64,000 nucleotides of DNA from an uncultured Actinomycetes bacterium (GTDB taxonomy: Bacteria; Actinomycetota; Thermoleophilia; Gaiellales; JAICJC01), in contig CAVSFZ010000009.1 in assembly GCA_963727235.1 (NCBI GenBank), positions 179,328 through 243,327 on the forward strand. The letters run 5' to 3'. A program made the translations under genes and the position numbers. Below, piece by piece: positions 18,377 through 28,479 of this stretch; position 1 is the first letter of the stretch; every line of letters starts with the position of its first letter. The notes under the pieces were generated by a model that was not told the origin of the DNA, did not search any database, and saw nothing but the letters and a program-made list of their open reading frames with translations.

Positions 18377-19691
18377 CACCGGCCAGATTCGTCGAAAACC
18401 ATTCGGCCGCCAACTCTGCGACCCGATCGAGCGCCCCCGGCTCTTCGAACAGATGCGTCGCGCCGGGTACGACCGCGAGCCGCTTGGTGCAATCAAGCCG
18501 GGCAAGCGCTTGGCGGTTCAGGTCGAGCACCTCGGTGTCCGCGCCGCCGACCACCAGCAACGTTGGGCTGCGGACATCTGGCAGTGATGAGGCGGCCAGA
18601 TCGGGGCGGCCGCCGCGCGAGACAACCGCCCGCACCCGGTCTGGCCGCTCGGCCGCCGCGACCAGTGCCGCAGCCGCGCCGGTACTCGCACCGAAGAGTC
18701 CGACCGGGCGAGGCGCACCCGGGTTCGACTCGAGCCAGTCGACCGCCTTGACGAGCCGCCGGCTGAGAAGGCCGATGTCGAAACGGTACCGGCCTGTGCG
18801 GCGATCGGCCTGCTCTTCATCCTCGGTCAGGAGATCGAGCAAGAGCGTGCCCAGCCCGGCGTGGTTGAGGGCGGAAGCGACCTGCCTGTTACGCGGGCTG
18901 AAGCGGCTCGACCCACTTCCATGAGCAAACACCACCACTCCCGCCGCTCCCTCCGGAACAGACAGGTCACCCTCCAGCGTGCCCCCATCAAGCGGAATCA
19001 CGACCGGCTCACTGACGACAGGTGGAGCCGACGGGGACCCGAGCGCGGCCGCGCGATCGAGCACGGCGCGGACCTCTGCGTCGCTGGTCGGGGAGAAATC
19101 CTCGTACCACCATCCCACGGCCCCGAACTCATCCGGGGTGAGGGTGCAGACCACCTCATCCGCCACCGCCCGGAGCTCCGCGCACGTCGCCGCCGGAGCG
19201 ACCGGGATCGCGACGATCACACGCTTCGGGTTGTGGTGGCGGACGGCGGTAACGGCTGCACGCATGGTCGAGCCGGTCGCGAGCCCATCGTCGACCAGGA
19301 TCACTGTCCGGCCCGCGAGTTCCGGTTGGACGCGTGAACCGTCGTAGGCGGCTTCGCGTCGGCGGAGCTCGCGCATCTCCGCAGCGACGGCGCGCTCGAG
19401 CTGGGCTTTGCCGACCCCGAGCTCGCGTACGAGCCGCTCGTTCAGAATCAGCGTCCCGTCACCGGCGATCGCGCCCATCGCCAACTCCTCATGCCCAGGC
19501 ACCCCGACTTTGCGGACAACGAACGCGAACAGGGGCGCGTTCAACGTGCTTGCCACCGCAAATGCAACGGGCACGCCGCCCCGAGGCAGACCGAGCACAA
19601 CCACATCGCCTCCCGTCACCGATTTCTGGACTTCGTGTGCGAGCATCCGCCCGGCATCGGTGCGGTCCCTGAAGCGGAGAGCGTTGAGCAT
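18360..19691 (-). CDS. phosphoribosyltransferase fused to dienelactone-hydrolase-like alpha/beta hydrolase
   Basis: FRDRTDAGR, LPRGGVPVA, VDDGLATGSTM; then FAHGSGSSRFSPRN, FGASTGAAAAL, SRGGRPDLA, ATHLFEE. Confidence 0.9.
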   Translation of the reverse strand: MLNALRFRDRTDAGRMLAHEVQKSVTGGDVVVLGLPRGGVPVAFAVASTLNAPLFAFVVRKVGVPGHEELAMGAIAGDGTLILNERLVRELGVGKAQLERAVAAEMRELRRREAAYDGSRVQPELAGRTVILVDDGLATGSTMRAAVTAVRHHNPKRVIVAIPVAPAATCAELRAVADEVVCTLTPDEFGAVGWWYEDFSPTSDAEVRAVLDRAAALGSPSAPPVVSEPVVIPLDGGTLEGDLSVPEGAAGVVVFAHGSGSSRFSPRNRQVASALNHAGLGTLLLDLLTEDEEQADRRTGRYRFDIGLLSRRLVKAVDWLESNPGAPRPVGLFGASTGAAAALVAAAERPDRVRAVVSRGGRPDLAASSLPDVRSPTLLVVGGADTEVLDLNRQALARLDCTKRLAVVPGATHLFEEPGALDRVAELAAEWFSTNLAGDGAAA

Positions 19692-19692
19692 C

Positions 19693-20109
19693 TCAGGCGA
19701 TCGCCGGTCGTGCACTGATGGCACTCACCATCTCCCCGACCGAAATCGGGTCTGTCTCGCGGGCAATGTCGCCTTGCGTGATCATGCCGACCACGCGCCC
19801 AGCGCGGCAGACCGGGAGTCGACGCACCTGGTGTTGGCACATCAGTTCCTCGGCGTCCTCGACTGTCATCTCCGGCTCGACCGTGAACACCCGGGGCGTC
19901 ATCACCTCGTCGACCCGTGTGTGGCGCGCATGCTCGGCAAGGTGCCGAACCACGAGATCGCGATCGGTGATCATGCCCACAACCTGCCCGTCGGCACACA
20001 CTGGCAGTGCTCCCACGTCATAGGTGCTCATCATGCGTGCGGCAGAATCGATCGACGTGGACTGCTCCACAGCATGGACTTCCCTGCTCATGACGTCTTG
20101 AACTGTCAT
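19693..20109 (-). CDS. CBS domain protein
   Basis: VQDVMS, VGALPV, GMITDRDLVVR, VRRLPV. Confidence 0.9.
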   Translation of the reverse strand: MTVQDVMSREVHAVEQSTSIDSAARMMSTYDVGALPVCADGQVVGMITDRDLVVRHLAEHARHTRVDEVMTPRVFTVEPEMTVEDAEELMCQHQVRRLPVCRAGRVVGMITQGDIARETDPISVGEMVSAISARPAIA

Positions 20110-20340
20110 CTGTTACCCCCTGTCGCGAGTGCAGAACAACCATCGCGCGGGGGGGATTGCCATCGCATCCGTAGGTACACCGAAGCGTCTATCGGGGTCG
20201 ACCCAGGTATCCACGGTCGGGAACTACTGATCGGCCTCGCCGACAGGCCGCGTACACACCGATTCGACGGAGGCCGAGATCCGTGATGATTCCGGCGAGT
20301 CGAGGACACCACGGGTCACGCGACGGTTTGGAGGCAAGAG

Positions 20341-21327
20341 ATGAGTTCAGTTCAGGACTCGCGTGAGGATCTTTTTGAGCGTTTGACTCAAGCGCTCGAC
20401 CAAGGCCGGGTTTCCGAAGCGGATGTGGAACGGCTGGTTGCGCGTGGCAGACCGCGTGGGGCGCGGGCGCGTCCAACAGCGGCGTCGGTGCTGTACGCGC
20501 TCGGGGCGGTGGTGGTGTTCGCCGGCCTTGCGATTGGTTATGGCACGGTGTTCACCGATCTGCCCTGGCTGCTGCAGATCACAACTCCGCTTCTGTTCCC
20601 GGCCGTTGCCCTGGTCACGTGCGTTGGTCTGGCGAAACGGCGAGCGGTTGCGTGGCAGGTCGATGTGGCCGGACTGGTCGGGTACACGTCGCTGGCCGGA
20701 GCGCTCGCGGTGATCGGGGCGGCCTCGGGCTGGATCAACACCGGCCGCGAGGCGGCCGCGTTCATTGCTATCGGCGCCATCGTGGCGATCCTGGTTGTGC
20801 TCGGCCTGTATGCGGGGGTGCGCAGCTTCAGGCTCGCCGGGGTGGGTCTCCCACTGGCCCTCGCAGTGCTCGGCGCCTCAACTGCGTGGGCGGTGAGCCT
20901 GGTGGGCACAGATGGCCTGTGCTGGGTGTTGCTGGCTGAAGCCGGCATCGCCGCGGTCACCGCGGTGGTGCTTGCAGATCGCAGCCGCAGAGCCGCCTAC
21001 TGCGCTTCGGTATGGGCCGTGCTGATCTCGTACGCGTCGCTGTACGCCGCGGTGGCAAGTGGCTTCTACGATTTTGGCCACCTCACCGTGTGGCACGGCA
21101 TCCTCGGCGCCACTGTGGTCGCCGCCTTCCTGGTCTCGGGCACCTTCGACTTCAAGGCACTGATTTGGCTCGGAGCCGCCGGAGGGGCACTGTGGCTCGT
21201 GATGATCGCGGTGGTTGTCGGATCGGCAACCAATGCCGCGGCGGCGGTCATCCTCGTGGGCTTCGGCCTGGTGATGCTGGGATTGCTCGTTACAAAACTC
21301 CGGCGCTCCCAAGCGCTCTCCCCGTGA
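20341..21327 (+). CDS. multi-pass membrane protein (DUF2157-like)
   Basis: About 10 hydrophobic segments after a short N-terminal helix (LDQGRVSEAD); RBS GGAGG. Confidence 0.7.
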   Translation: MSSVQDSREDLFERLTQALDQGRVSEADVERLVARGRPRGARARPTAASVLYALGAVVVFAGLAIGYGTVFTDLPWLLQITTPLLFPAVALVTCVGLAKRRAVAWQVDVAGLVGYTSLAGALAVIGAASGWINTGREAAAFIAIGAIVAILVVLGLYAGVRSFRLAGVGLPLALAVLGASTAWAVSLVGTDGLCWVLLAEAGIAAVTAVVLADRSRRAAYCASVWAVLISYASLYAAVASGFYDFGHLTVWHGILGATVVAAFLVSGTFDFKALIWLGAAGGALWLVMIAVVVGSATNAAAAVILVGFGLVMLGLLVTKLRRSQALSP

Positions 21328-21354
21328 CGCGTCGGCTCACCGAAACCCGGCAGG

Positions 21355-21783
21355 TCATGTGCGAACCGGCACCACCAACACCGGGCACGGCGCAATCTGC
21401 AGGAGCCGGTGTGTGACCGACCCCAGTGCCAGGCCCGCGACACGCCCCAGCCCGCGGCCTGTGATCACAATCACGTCTGCTCCGCGCTCAGCTGCCGCAT
21501 CGGCAATCACCTGAGCCGCACCTCGGCTGCGAGCGCTCCGGATCTGCAGATGCACGTCGTAGCCCTGGTCGGCGAGTCCCCGCACCTGGTCGTGCAAGCT
21601 GCGCACGATCTCGTCCTCGTTGATCAGCACAGGCAGGCCCGCCGATCCTCCACCGACGAGATGCTCGCACACATGCACGATGTCGATTCGGGCGTGGGAT
21701 TCCCGAGCCAGCTTCAACGCGAGATCGATCCCAAGCTGTGCCCGCCGAGACCCGTCCGTGCCGACAATGAGCCGCGAGAACAT
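21355..21783 (-). CDS. universal stress protein
   Basis: IVGTDGS; ADVIVITGRG...LGSVTHRLLQIAPCPVLVV. Confidence 0.92.
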   Translation of the reverse strand: MFSRLIVGTDGSRRAQLGIDLALKLARESHARIDIVHVCEHLVGGGSAGLPVLINEDEIVRSLHDQVRGLADQGYDVHLQIRSARSRGAAQVIADAAAERGADVIVITGRGLGRVAGLALGSVTHRLLQIAPCPVLVVPVRT

Positions 21784-21795
21784 CTCCCGACCCGG

Positions 21796-22005
21796 CTAGG
21801 CCGGTTGTGTTTCTCCGATGTCGGTGATCTCCCCGGCCGGAGTCACCCGGTGTCCGTGTCTCGTGCCCATCGCGGTGACATACACGTCGGAGGCCGTGTG
21901 CACGCCTTCACCGGAGAGTTGCCGGACAAGCACGTTCCCGTGGTCTGCGGCGATGCGGGCGAGCGCCTCGAGTTGGTGAGTGGTAAGTTCGATTCCGTCA
22001 GCCAT
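21796..22005 (-). CDS. small hypothetical protein
   Basis: 69-aa ORF MADGIELTTHQLEAL… directly upstream of and co-oriented with the USP. Confidence 0.5.
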   Translation of the reverse strand: MADGIELTTHQLEALARIAADHGNVLVRQLSGEGVHTASDVYVTAMGTRHGHRVTPAGEITDIGETQPA

Positions 22006-22187
22006 ATCCGTGATTCTCGTGTGGCCCGGAGCACTCCGAATCCGCGTGCACCCGGTGTCCGTGCGAAGTTGCCTGAGTAGTTGCCCGCAAACCCGTAGTT
22101 GCCCCTGACACACGGTCGGTGGTGCGGCGGATGCCGGTCGGCGCGACGCGTGTTTCGATGCCGGACGATGGATATGGTTGCCCAGCG

Positions 22188-24920
22188 ATGAGCCAGGAAC
22201 GGCTGGAGGATCACGGTGGTGATGTCCAGACCGCCGACCCGACGGAGCCCATTGACCGGCTGCTCCGCGACCTCCGGACGTCGGGGAGGGGTCTGGGCTC
22301 GCGCGAGGCCGGTCGGCGTCTGCTTCAGTACGGGCCCAACGAGCTGCAGCGCCGCGGCGGCCGCAGGTGGCCCCGAGAGATCGCTCATCAGCTGACTCAC
22401 CCGCTTGCCTTGCTGCTGTGGGCAGCCGCGGTGCTGGCGGAGATTGCCGGTATCAGGCCGGTGGCGATTGCGGTGGTTCTGGTTATCCTCCTCAACGCCG
22501 CGTTCGCATTTCTCCAAGAGCAGCAGGCCGAACGTGCCGTGGAGGCACTGTCAGAGTTTCTGCCAGATCGCTCGAAGGCACTCCGGGACGGCCGCGAGCA
22601 GCTGATCGACGCGCGCGAGCTCGTGCCCGGCGATGTGATCGTGTTGGAGGAGGGAGATCGGGTTTCGGCCGACGCCCGGTTGATCGCGGGTTCACTCGAA
22701 GTTGACATGTCAGCGCTCACGGGGGAATCGGCGCTGGCTCACAGGACGTCGGCCGCGTTCGCTGTCGACGTCCCGCTGCTCGAGGCCACGGAGCTCGTGT
22801 TCAGCGGAACGACATGCGCCTCCGGTGAGGCGCGAGCGGTGGTCTTCGCGACAGGGATGCATAGCGAACTGGGACGAATCGCCGCGCTGTCGGAGCGGGT
22901 CACCCAGCAGCCGAGCCCCCTCGACGTGCAGGTCCGCAGGGTCGCGTGGCTGATCGCGGCGATCGCCGTGCTCTTCGGCATCGCGTTCATCCCGTTGGCG
23001 AGCATTGGCGCGGGTCTGTCGCTGTCGAACTCGGTGGTGTTCGCAATCGGACTGCTGGTCGGAAACGTTCCCGAAGGGCTGCTTCCGGTGATCACGCTGG
23101 CACTCGCCGTCGGAGTGCGGGAACTCGCCCGCCAAGGTGCGTTGGTCAAGCGCCTGAGCGCTGTCGAGACGCTGGGATCGACGGACGTGATCTGCACGGA
23201 CAAGACCGGCACGCTGACCGAGAACCGCATGCGGACACAGACGTTTTGGACAACCGCGGGCGAGAGTCGTCTGCCGGACTCACCGATGGCCGCGTCCATG
23301 GTGGCGTGCACCACCGCGCGGGTCGACGATTCGGAGGTGATCGGAGATCCGACAGAGATCGCGCTGCTCGAAGCTGCCAGTGCCATCAACATCGATGTCT
23401 CACCCGAGGCGCGCGACCACGACCGGTTGGCGATCTTCCATTTCGACTCTGGGCTCAAACGGATGACCACCATCTGCGAGCGGGAGGGCGAGCGCTGGGT
23501 GGACACCAAAGGGGCACCGGAGTCGGTTTTGCCCCTGTGCACGTCGATCTGGCGGGCCGACGGCGCCGTCGCGCTCGATGGGGCCACCCGGGCAGCGATC
23601 TCTGACCGGGTGGATTCGTTCGCCGAGGACGCACTGCGCGTTCTGGCGATTGCGACCCGGCGACTTCCAGCAGGGACAGACCTCCCGCAGGACCGTGAAG
23701 CCTCCGAGTCCGGCCTGTGCTTTCTCGGCCTGATCGCGATGGCGGACCCTCCCCGCGCAGAGGTCGCCGATGCGGTCACCAGGTGCCATCGGGCCGGAAT
23801 CAGGATCATCATCGTGACCGGAGATCACGGCTTGACGGCCGAGGCCGTGGCCCGCAGCGTCGGAATCACCGGGCCAAACCCGCGAGTCGTCACAGGCGAG
23901 GAGCTGGCCACGCTGGACGACCCGGCTCTCGAAGACGTGCTCGAGGGCAACCGCGAGGTGATCTTCTCCCGCAGCTCGCCCGAGGCGAAGCTGAGGATCA
24001 GCGACGCGCTTCGCGCGCACGGCCACGTGGTCGCGATGACCGGGGACGGCGTCAACGATGCTCCTGCGCTGCGGGCTGCGGATATCGGCGTGGCGATGGG
24101 GCGCAGTGGAACTGACGTGGCCCGCGAGGCCGCCACCATGATCCTCACAGACGACAACTTTGCCAGCATCGTCGCCGCGGTCGAAGCGGGTCGCCGGGTG
24201 TTCGACAACATCCGCAAGTTCATGGTGTACATCTTCGCCCACACCACGCCGGAGGTCACACCGTTCCTGGTCTTCGCCCTGAGTGGAGGCGCAATCCCGC
24301 TGCCGTTGACCGTGATGCAGCTGCTTGCGTTTGATGTCGGCACCGAGACGCTTCCGGCGCTTGCCCTCGGCCGGGAGCCGGCGGAGCGTGGGCTGATGGG
24401 CCGCCCCCCTCACCCTCGCGGGGAAGGCGTGGTGACCACGCCGATGCTCGTGCGGGCCTGGCTCTTTCTCGGAGCGATCAGCGCCGCTCTGGCGATATCG
24501 GGGTACTTCTTCGTGCTGACCAGAGCGGGCTGGAGCCCCGGCGACCCCGTGGGCGCAGGGGACCCGTTGCACCACGCATACGTGCAGGCGACCACGATGA
24601 CGTTCGCCGGGATGGTCGCAGGCCAGATCGGAACAGCATTCGCGGCGCGCACCGAGCGCGCCTCCCTTCGGTCGGCTGGGGTCTTCTCCAACCGGCTGCT
24701 GCTCTGGGGAATCGCCTTCGAAGTCGGTCTGGCCGCGCTCTTCATCTACACCCCGCCGTTTCACTACATCCTCGGAACAGCCTCGCTTCCGCCGGTGGAT
24801 CTGGCCTTCCTGGTGCCGTTCCCGTTCGTGGTCTGGGGTGCGGACGAGCTTCGGCGCTACCTCATCCGCCGGCATGCGAGCGATGCCAACCCGGTCACCC
24901 GATCGGCGGCTCACTCGTAG
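22188..24920 (+). CDS. cation-transporting P-type ATPase (type II, CtpF-like)
   Basis: LTGES, VPEGL, DKTGTLT, KGAPE, TGDH, MTGDGVNDAPAL. Confidence 0.95.
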   Translation: MSQERLEDHGGDVQTADPTEPIDRLLRDLRTSGRGLGSREAGRRLLQYGPNELQRRGGRRWPREIAHQLTHPLALLLWAAAVLAEIAGIRPVAIAVVLVILLNAAFAFLQEQQAERAVEALSEFLPDRSKALRDGREQLIDARELVPGDVIVLEEGDRVSADARLIAGSLEVDMSALTGESALAHRTSAAFAVDVPLLEATELVFSGTTCASGEARAVVFATGMHSELGRIAALSERVTQQPSPLDVQVRRVAWLIAAIAVLFGIAFIPLASIGAGLSLSNSVVFAIGLLVGNVPEGLLPVITLALAVGVRELARQGALVKRLSAVETLGSTDVICTDKTGTLTENRMRTQTFWTTAGESRLPDSPMAASMVACTTARVDDSEVIGDPTEIALLEAASAINIDVSPEARDHDRLAIFHFDSGLKRMTTICEREGERWVDTKGAPESVLPLCTSIWRADGAVALDGATRAAISDRVDSFAEDALRVLAIATRRLPAGTDLPQDREASESGLCFLGLIAMADPPRAEVADAVTRCHRAGIRIIIVTGDHGLTAEAVARSVGITGPNPRVVTGEELATLDDPALEDVLEGNREVIFSRSSPEAKLRISDALRAHGHVVAMTGDGVNDAPALRAADIGVAMGRSGTDVAREAATMILTDDNFASIVAAVEAGRRVFDNIRKFMVYIFAHTTPEVTPFLVFALSGGAIPLPLTVMQLLAFDVGTETLPALALGREPAERGLMGRPPHPRGEGVVTTPMLVRAWLFLGAISAALAISGYFFVLTRAGWSPGDPVGAGDPLHHAYVQATTMTFAGMVAGQIGTAFAARTERASLRSAGVFSNRLLLWGIAFEVGLAALFIYTPPFHYILGTASLPPVDLAFLVPFPFVVWGADELRRYLIRRHASDANPVTRSAAHS

Positions 24921-25869
24921 GTTCAGATACACCCACGCCTCGCAGCCGTGAGTAGAGCCGCCACACGTCGCCCGCCTGTGCGACCTCCGTCCCGTCCTGC
25001 ATGACGGCTGCTGCGCCGCCGGCGAGCCCAAGCCTCACGACCTGCTGGGTGTCCATCCCGCGTGACGCCGCGGTCACCATCGCCCCCACCATGCTGTCGC
25101 CGGCGCCGACGCGGCTGCGGATCGGGACAACCGGTGAACGCACGTGTTCGCCTTGGAGATCACGAGCCACCGCGTATGCACCTGCCGGCCCGAGCGACAG
25201 CACAACGATATCGGCCGAGCCGAGTTGAACCAGTTGATCGGCGGCTTCCACGAGAGACGCCTCGTCGCTGTCGACGATGCCGGTGAGCTCAGCCAACTCG
25301 ATCACGTTTGGCTTGATCATCCAGACTCCGACCTCCAACGCGAGGCGCAACGGCTCTCCGGACGCATCGAGGGCAAGCCGCCCCCCGGAGCTGCGCACGC
25401 GCTCGGCCAGCTGGGCGTAGAAGTCGACGGGCACACCCGGTGGAAGGCTCCCGCTCGCCACCACGTAGCCGTTGCCTACGGCACCGGCGGCGTCCAGGCA
25501 GACCTGCCACTCAGCTCGCGATAGCTCCGGCCCCGGCATGACGAAATGAAAATGGCGCTTGCCGGCCAGTTCAACCACCACGATGTTCTCGCGCGTCTCG
25601 CCGGCGACTTCCACTGACCGCCCCGGCAGGCCTTCCTCGCGGAGCAGCGTCTCGAGCAGCTTGCCCGTTGGGCCACCGCAGGTATGAATCGCCGTGACGC
25701 GTCCTCCCAGGCGCGCAATCACCCGGGCCGCATTCAGCCCGCCGCCGCCGGCCCGGCGGGCGGGGCGCTCGCACCGCATCTTGATGTCGGCCCGGACGTG
25801 CTCGACGCTCGAACTCAGGTCGACCGCGGGATTCATGGTCAAGGTGACGATCGCGGGAGGCTCCGGCAT
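24895..25869 (-). CDS. pfkB: 1-phosphofructokinase-family hexose kinase (PfkB)
   Basis: TLTMNPAVD, GGGGLNAAR, SGSLPPGV, IKPNVIEL, VGAGDSMV. Confidence 0.88.
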   Translation of the reverse strand: MPEPPAIVTLTMNPAVDLSSSVEHVRADIKMRCERPARRAGGGGLNAARVIARLGGRVTAIHTCGGPTGKLLETLLREEGLPGRSVEVAGETRENIVVVELAGKRHFHFVMPGPELSRAEWQVCLDAAGAVGNGYVVASGSLPPGVPVDFYAQLAERVRSSGGRLALDASGEPLRLALEVGVWMIKPNVIELAELTGIVDSDEASLVEAADQLVQLGSADIVVLSLGPAGAYAVARDLQGEHVRSPVVPIRSRVGAGDSMVGAMVTAASRGMDTQQVVRLGLAGGAAAVMQDGTEVAQAGDVWRLYSRLRGVGVSEPTSEPPIG

Positions 25870-26016
25870 GGTGACGGGATCGTCCCAGAGCTCACCCGCC
25901 TGCCGCCACCGCGCTTTCCCGCAGCCGGCATCCGCGTGCGCGCGGATGTCCCCGCCCCCCGCCTCCAGAACCATCAGAGAGACACCGAGACGACCGCGCC
26001 CGGAGGACATGCCCAC

Positions 26017-26829
26017 ATGGCCGTGATATCCATCGATTCGATTTTGTCGAACGTGGTGTGCGGTGTTGATGGGTCGCCCGAGGGCATGGTGGCGGTCGAC
26101 CAGATGGCCCGGCTCGCGCCGGCCAGCAGCCGAGTGGCTGTATGCGGCGTGTGGACGGGTGGCGCTGCAGTGGCTCTGGGCGCGTCGGCGGCGTTCGCGC
26201 GGCCGCCGTTCTCGGACCATGAGCGGATGAGAAACGTGGTGCACACCGCCAGGGACTCGCTACCGGGCGACCGCGTGGAGGAGGTCGTGATCGAGGGGCC
26301 GGCCGGTGCGATGCTGCTGGACGAGGTGAGACAGCGGCGGGCAACGCTGGTCGCGGTCGGGTCGCACGGGTCGCGGCGGATCACCGGAATCCTGTTGGGC
26401 GGGGTGGCGACCCTGATGTTGCACAGGGCGCCGTGCTCGGTATTGATCAGCCGGCATCCGCAGGAGTGGGATGGCGAGTTCCGATCGATCGTGGTGGGCA
26501 CCGACGGGTCGGCGCAGGCCGCCCAAGCGGTGCGGGTCGCGTCCCAGCTCGGCGACGACCTGGGAGCCGAGGTGACCGCGGTCAGCGCGGGCACAGACAC
26601 GGTCAGCGAAGCCTTGACGTCCAGCCTCGTGCGCCCTGACGGCGGCGAGGTCACGCTTCGGAGACAGTCCGGGTCGGCGGTGTCTGTTCTGGCAGCCTCG
26701 AACGCCGACCTGCTGATCGTCGGCAGCCGCGGGCTCACCGGAGTGCGGGCGCTCGGCAGCGTCAGTGAACGCGTCGCCCATCAGGCGCGATGCTCAGTGC
26801 TGGTCGTTCGTGACACCGGCCCCTCGTAG
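26017..26829 (+). CDS. tandem-domain universal stress protein
   Basis: Two USP domains (CGVDGS…LLGGVATLMLHRAPCSVL; VGTDGS…LGSVSERVAHQARCSVLVV). Confidence 0.9.
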   Translation: MAVISIDSILSNVVCGVDGSPEGMVAVDQMARLAPASSRVAVCGVWTGGAAVALGASAAFARPPFSDHERMRNVVHTARDSLPGDRVEEVVIEGPAGAMLLDEVRQRRATLVAVGSHGSRRITGILLGGVATLMLHRAPCSVLISRHPQEWDGEFRSIVVGTDGSAQAAQAVRVASQLGDDLGAEVTAVSAGTDTVSEALTSSLVRPDGGEVTLRRQSGSAVSVLAASNADLLIVGSRGLTGVRALGSVSERVAHQARCSVLVVRDTGPS

Positions 26830-26864
26830 CAACTCCTTCTCTCTCTCTCGTTTCCCGCCCGAGG

Positions 26865-27305
26865 CTAGGCCGGTGTGTCGGTGGGCGAATCGTGATCCGC
26901 GGCCTGCGTCGTCTGGGGATCGATGTGTTCTGGGACGATCAGCGTTGGGCAGGGGGTCTCGTGCAGGATGCGCTGGCTGATGCTGCCCAGAACCAGCCCG
27001 GTCATCGGGGTTCGGCCGCGGCTGCCCATCACGATCAGGTCGGCACCGACCTCGCGGGCGACCTCGGCGATCATGACCGCTTCCTCTCCCAGGAAGCTCT
27101 CCTTGACAATCGTTGAGACGCGCAGGCCTTCTTGCCCTAACTGCGCTTCCAACTCGGCCAGTCTCTGGTCGACTTCCCGGATGATCCCGTGATTGCGCGC
27201 GTAGGTCAACACCAGTTCGGCGTCGCGGTACCGCGCAAGATCAACCGCCACGTCAAGCGCACGCTCAGACGCGGAGCTTCCGTCTATCGCAACAACGATG
27301 ATCAC
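26865..27305 (-). CDS. universal stress protein
   Basis: VAIDGS; ADLIVMGSRG…LGSISQRILHETPCPTLIV. Confidence 0.9.
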   Translation of the reverse strand: MIIVVAIDGSSASERALDVAVDLARYRDAELVLTYARNHGIIREVDQRLAELEAQLGQEGLRVSTIVKESFLGEEAVMIAEVAREVGADLIVMGSRGRTPMTGLVLGSISQRILHETPCPTLIVPEHIDPQTTQAADHDSPTDTPA

Positions 27306-27311
27306 CGTGAA

Positions 27312-27791
27312 CTACCTCCCGAAGCGCGCAGCATGATGTCGTTTCCAGCGTCGCCTCGAGATCGAGGTGTGGCGTGGGCTCCTGGGTTGCGAGGGTTTGA
27401 GCGTCCACACCGCGGCGAGGGTGCCGAGTATCGCCGCTCCGCCGAGGATCACGATGCCGGCGCTGCTGTGTATTCGCCGGAACCGGGTGGAGCCGTCGGT
27501 ATGGATCTCGATGTAGCCGGCGGGCGAGACGATCGCTCCGCCTCCGCCGCCCGATCCGGGCGCGTCCCGCTTGCGCCCGCGGTTGTCGCCGCCGCCAACT
27601 CCGTAACGAGCCTTGGCCACCGGGATCACCGTGACGTCACCACGCTCAATCGGATCACCGAACGCCATCGTCGCCCGGACGCTGCTTCCGATCCGCTCAG
27701 CGAGGCCCTTGACCGTCGATTCCCCAGCGAACGTGATCGACTCGTCCTCACGCGCTTCGGAGGCTGGTCGAGTCGTTGTCGAAGCTTCCAT
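27312..27791 (-). CDS. YtfJ/GerW family protein
   Basis: FGDPIERGDVTVIPVAK..YG.GGG…GGGGG.VSPAGYIEI. Confidence 0.75.
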   Translation of the reverse strand: MEASTTTRPASEAREDESITFAGESTVKGLAERIGSSVRATMAFGDPIERGDVTVIPVAKARYGVGGGDNRGRKRDAPGSGGGGGAIVSPAGYIEIHTDGSTRFRRIHSSAGIVILGGAAILGTLAAVWTLKPSQPRSPRHTSISRRRWKRHHAARFGR

Positions 27792-27809
27792 TTCACTCCT
27801 CCTTTGAAC

Positions 27810-28343
27810 CTAGACGCCCTGTCCTGTCTTTGGTGTCACGAGCCGGCCGAGTTCGGCGCCCCACGCCCGAGCCCGGTCGAGTTCGCCGTCGGCCGGCGGC
27901 CCTTCCGCGTCGTCCACGAAGAAGCTCGCGGTCGCTGCCACCGTGTACCCGTGGTGTCGCAGACGTCGAGAGATTCCGCGTGCGGCCGAGCCGGTCAGAT
28001 GTGGTGATCGATCCAGTCGCGTGTCGAACGCAGCCGCCTGACCAGACGCGTGAGCCAGCGAGTGCAGCCACGCTCGAAGCCCGGCCCCCTCAGTCGCAGA
28101 CGGCTCCACAGAGGCGTGGCCGTCCTCCTTGGCCGCATTCGCCGACATCTTGCGGCTCATACCGCTGCTGAGGCCGTGCATGTGCGTGGGCCCGCCCACC
28201 ACCAGCAGGTCAACATCCGCCGGCAGGGGGCCCATCTCGTGCACCGACCGAACGTCAACCTCACCACCGATCCCCTCGGCGATCGCATCCGCAACCGCGT
28301 GCGTATTCCCGTACATCGACTCGTACACGACAAGCACCGACAT
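27810..28343 (-). CDS. flavodoxin domain protein
   Basis: VVYESMYGNT, LLVVGGPTH, AAAFDTR, GELDRARAWG. Confidence 0.88.
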   Translation of the reverse strand: MSVLVVYESMYGNTHAVADAIAEGIGGEVDVRSVHEMGPLPADVDLLVVGGPTHMHGLSSGMSRKMSANAAKEDGHASVEPSATEGAGLRAWLHSLAHASGQAAAFDTRLDRSPHLTGSAARGISRRLRHHGYTVAATASFFVDDAEGPPADGELDRARAWGAELGRLVTPKTGQGV

Positions 28344-28479
28344 GCTTCTGCCCTCCCTCACGATGTCCACAATCGTGATACTGGTCGCTCCAGACCATCC
28401 GCGCGTCGGGGAGCACCCGGATACGCGGCACGGCTAACCCACACGTGGACCCTGTGGTTCGACGGAGTACCCTGCGGTG

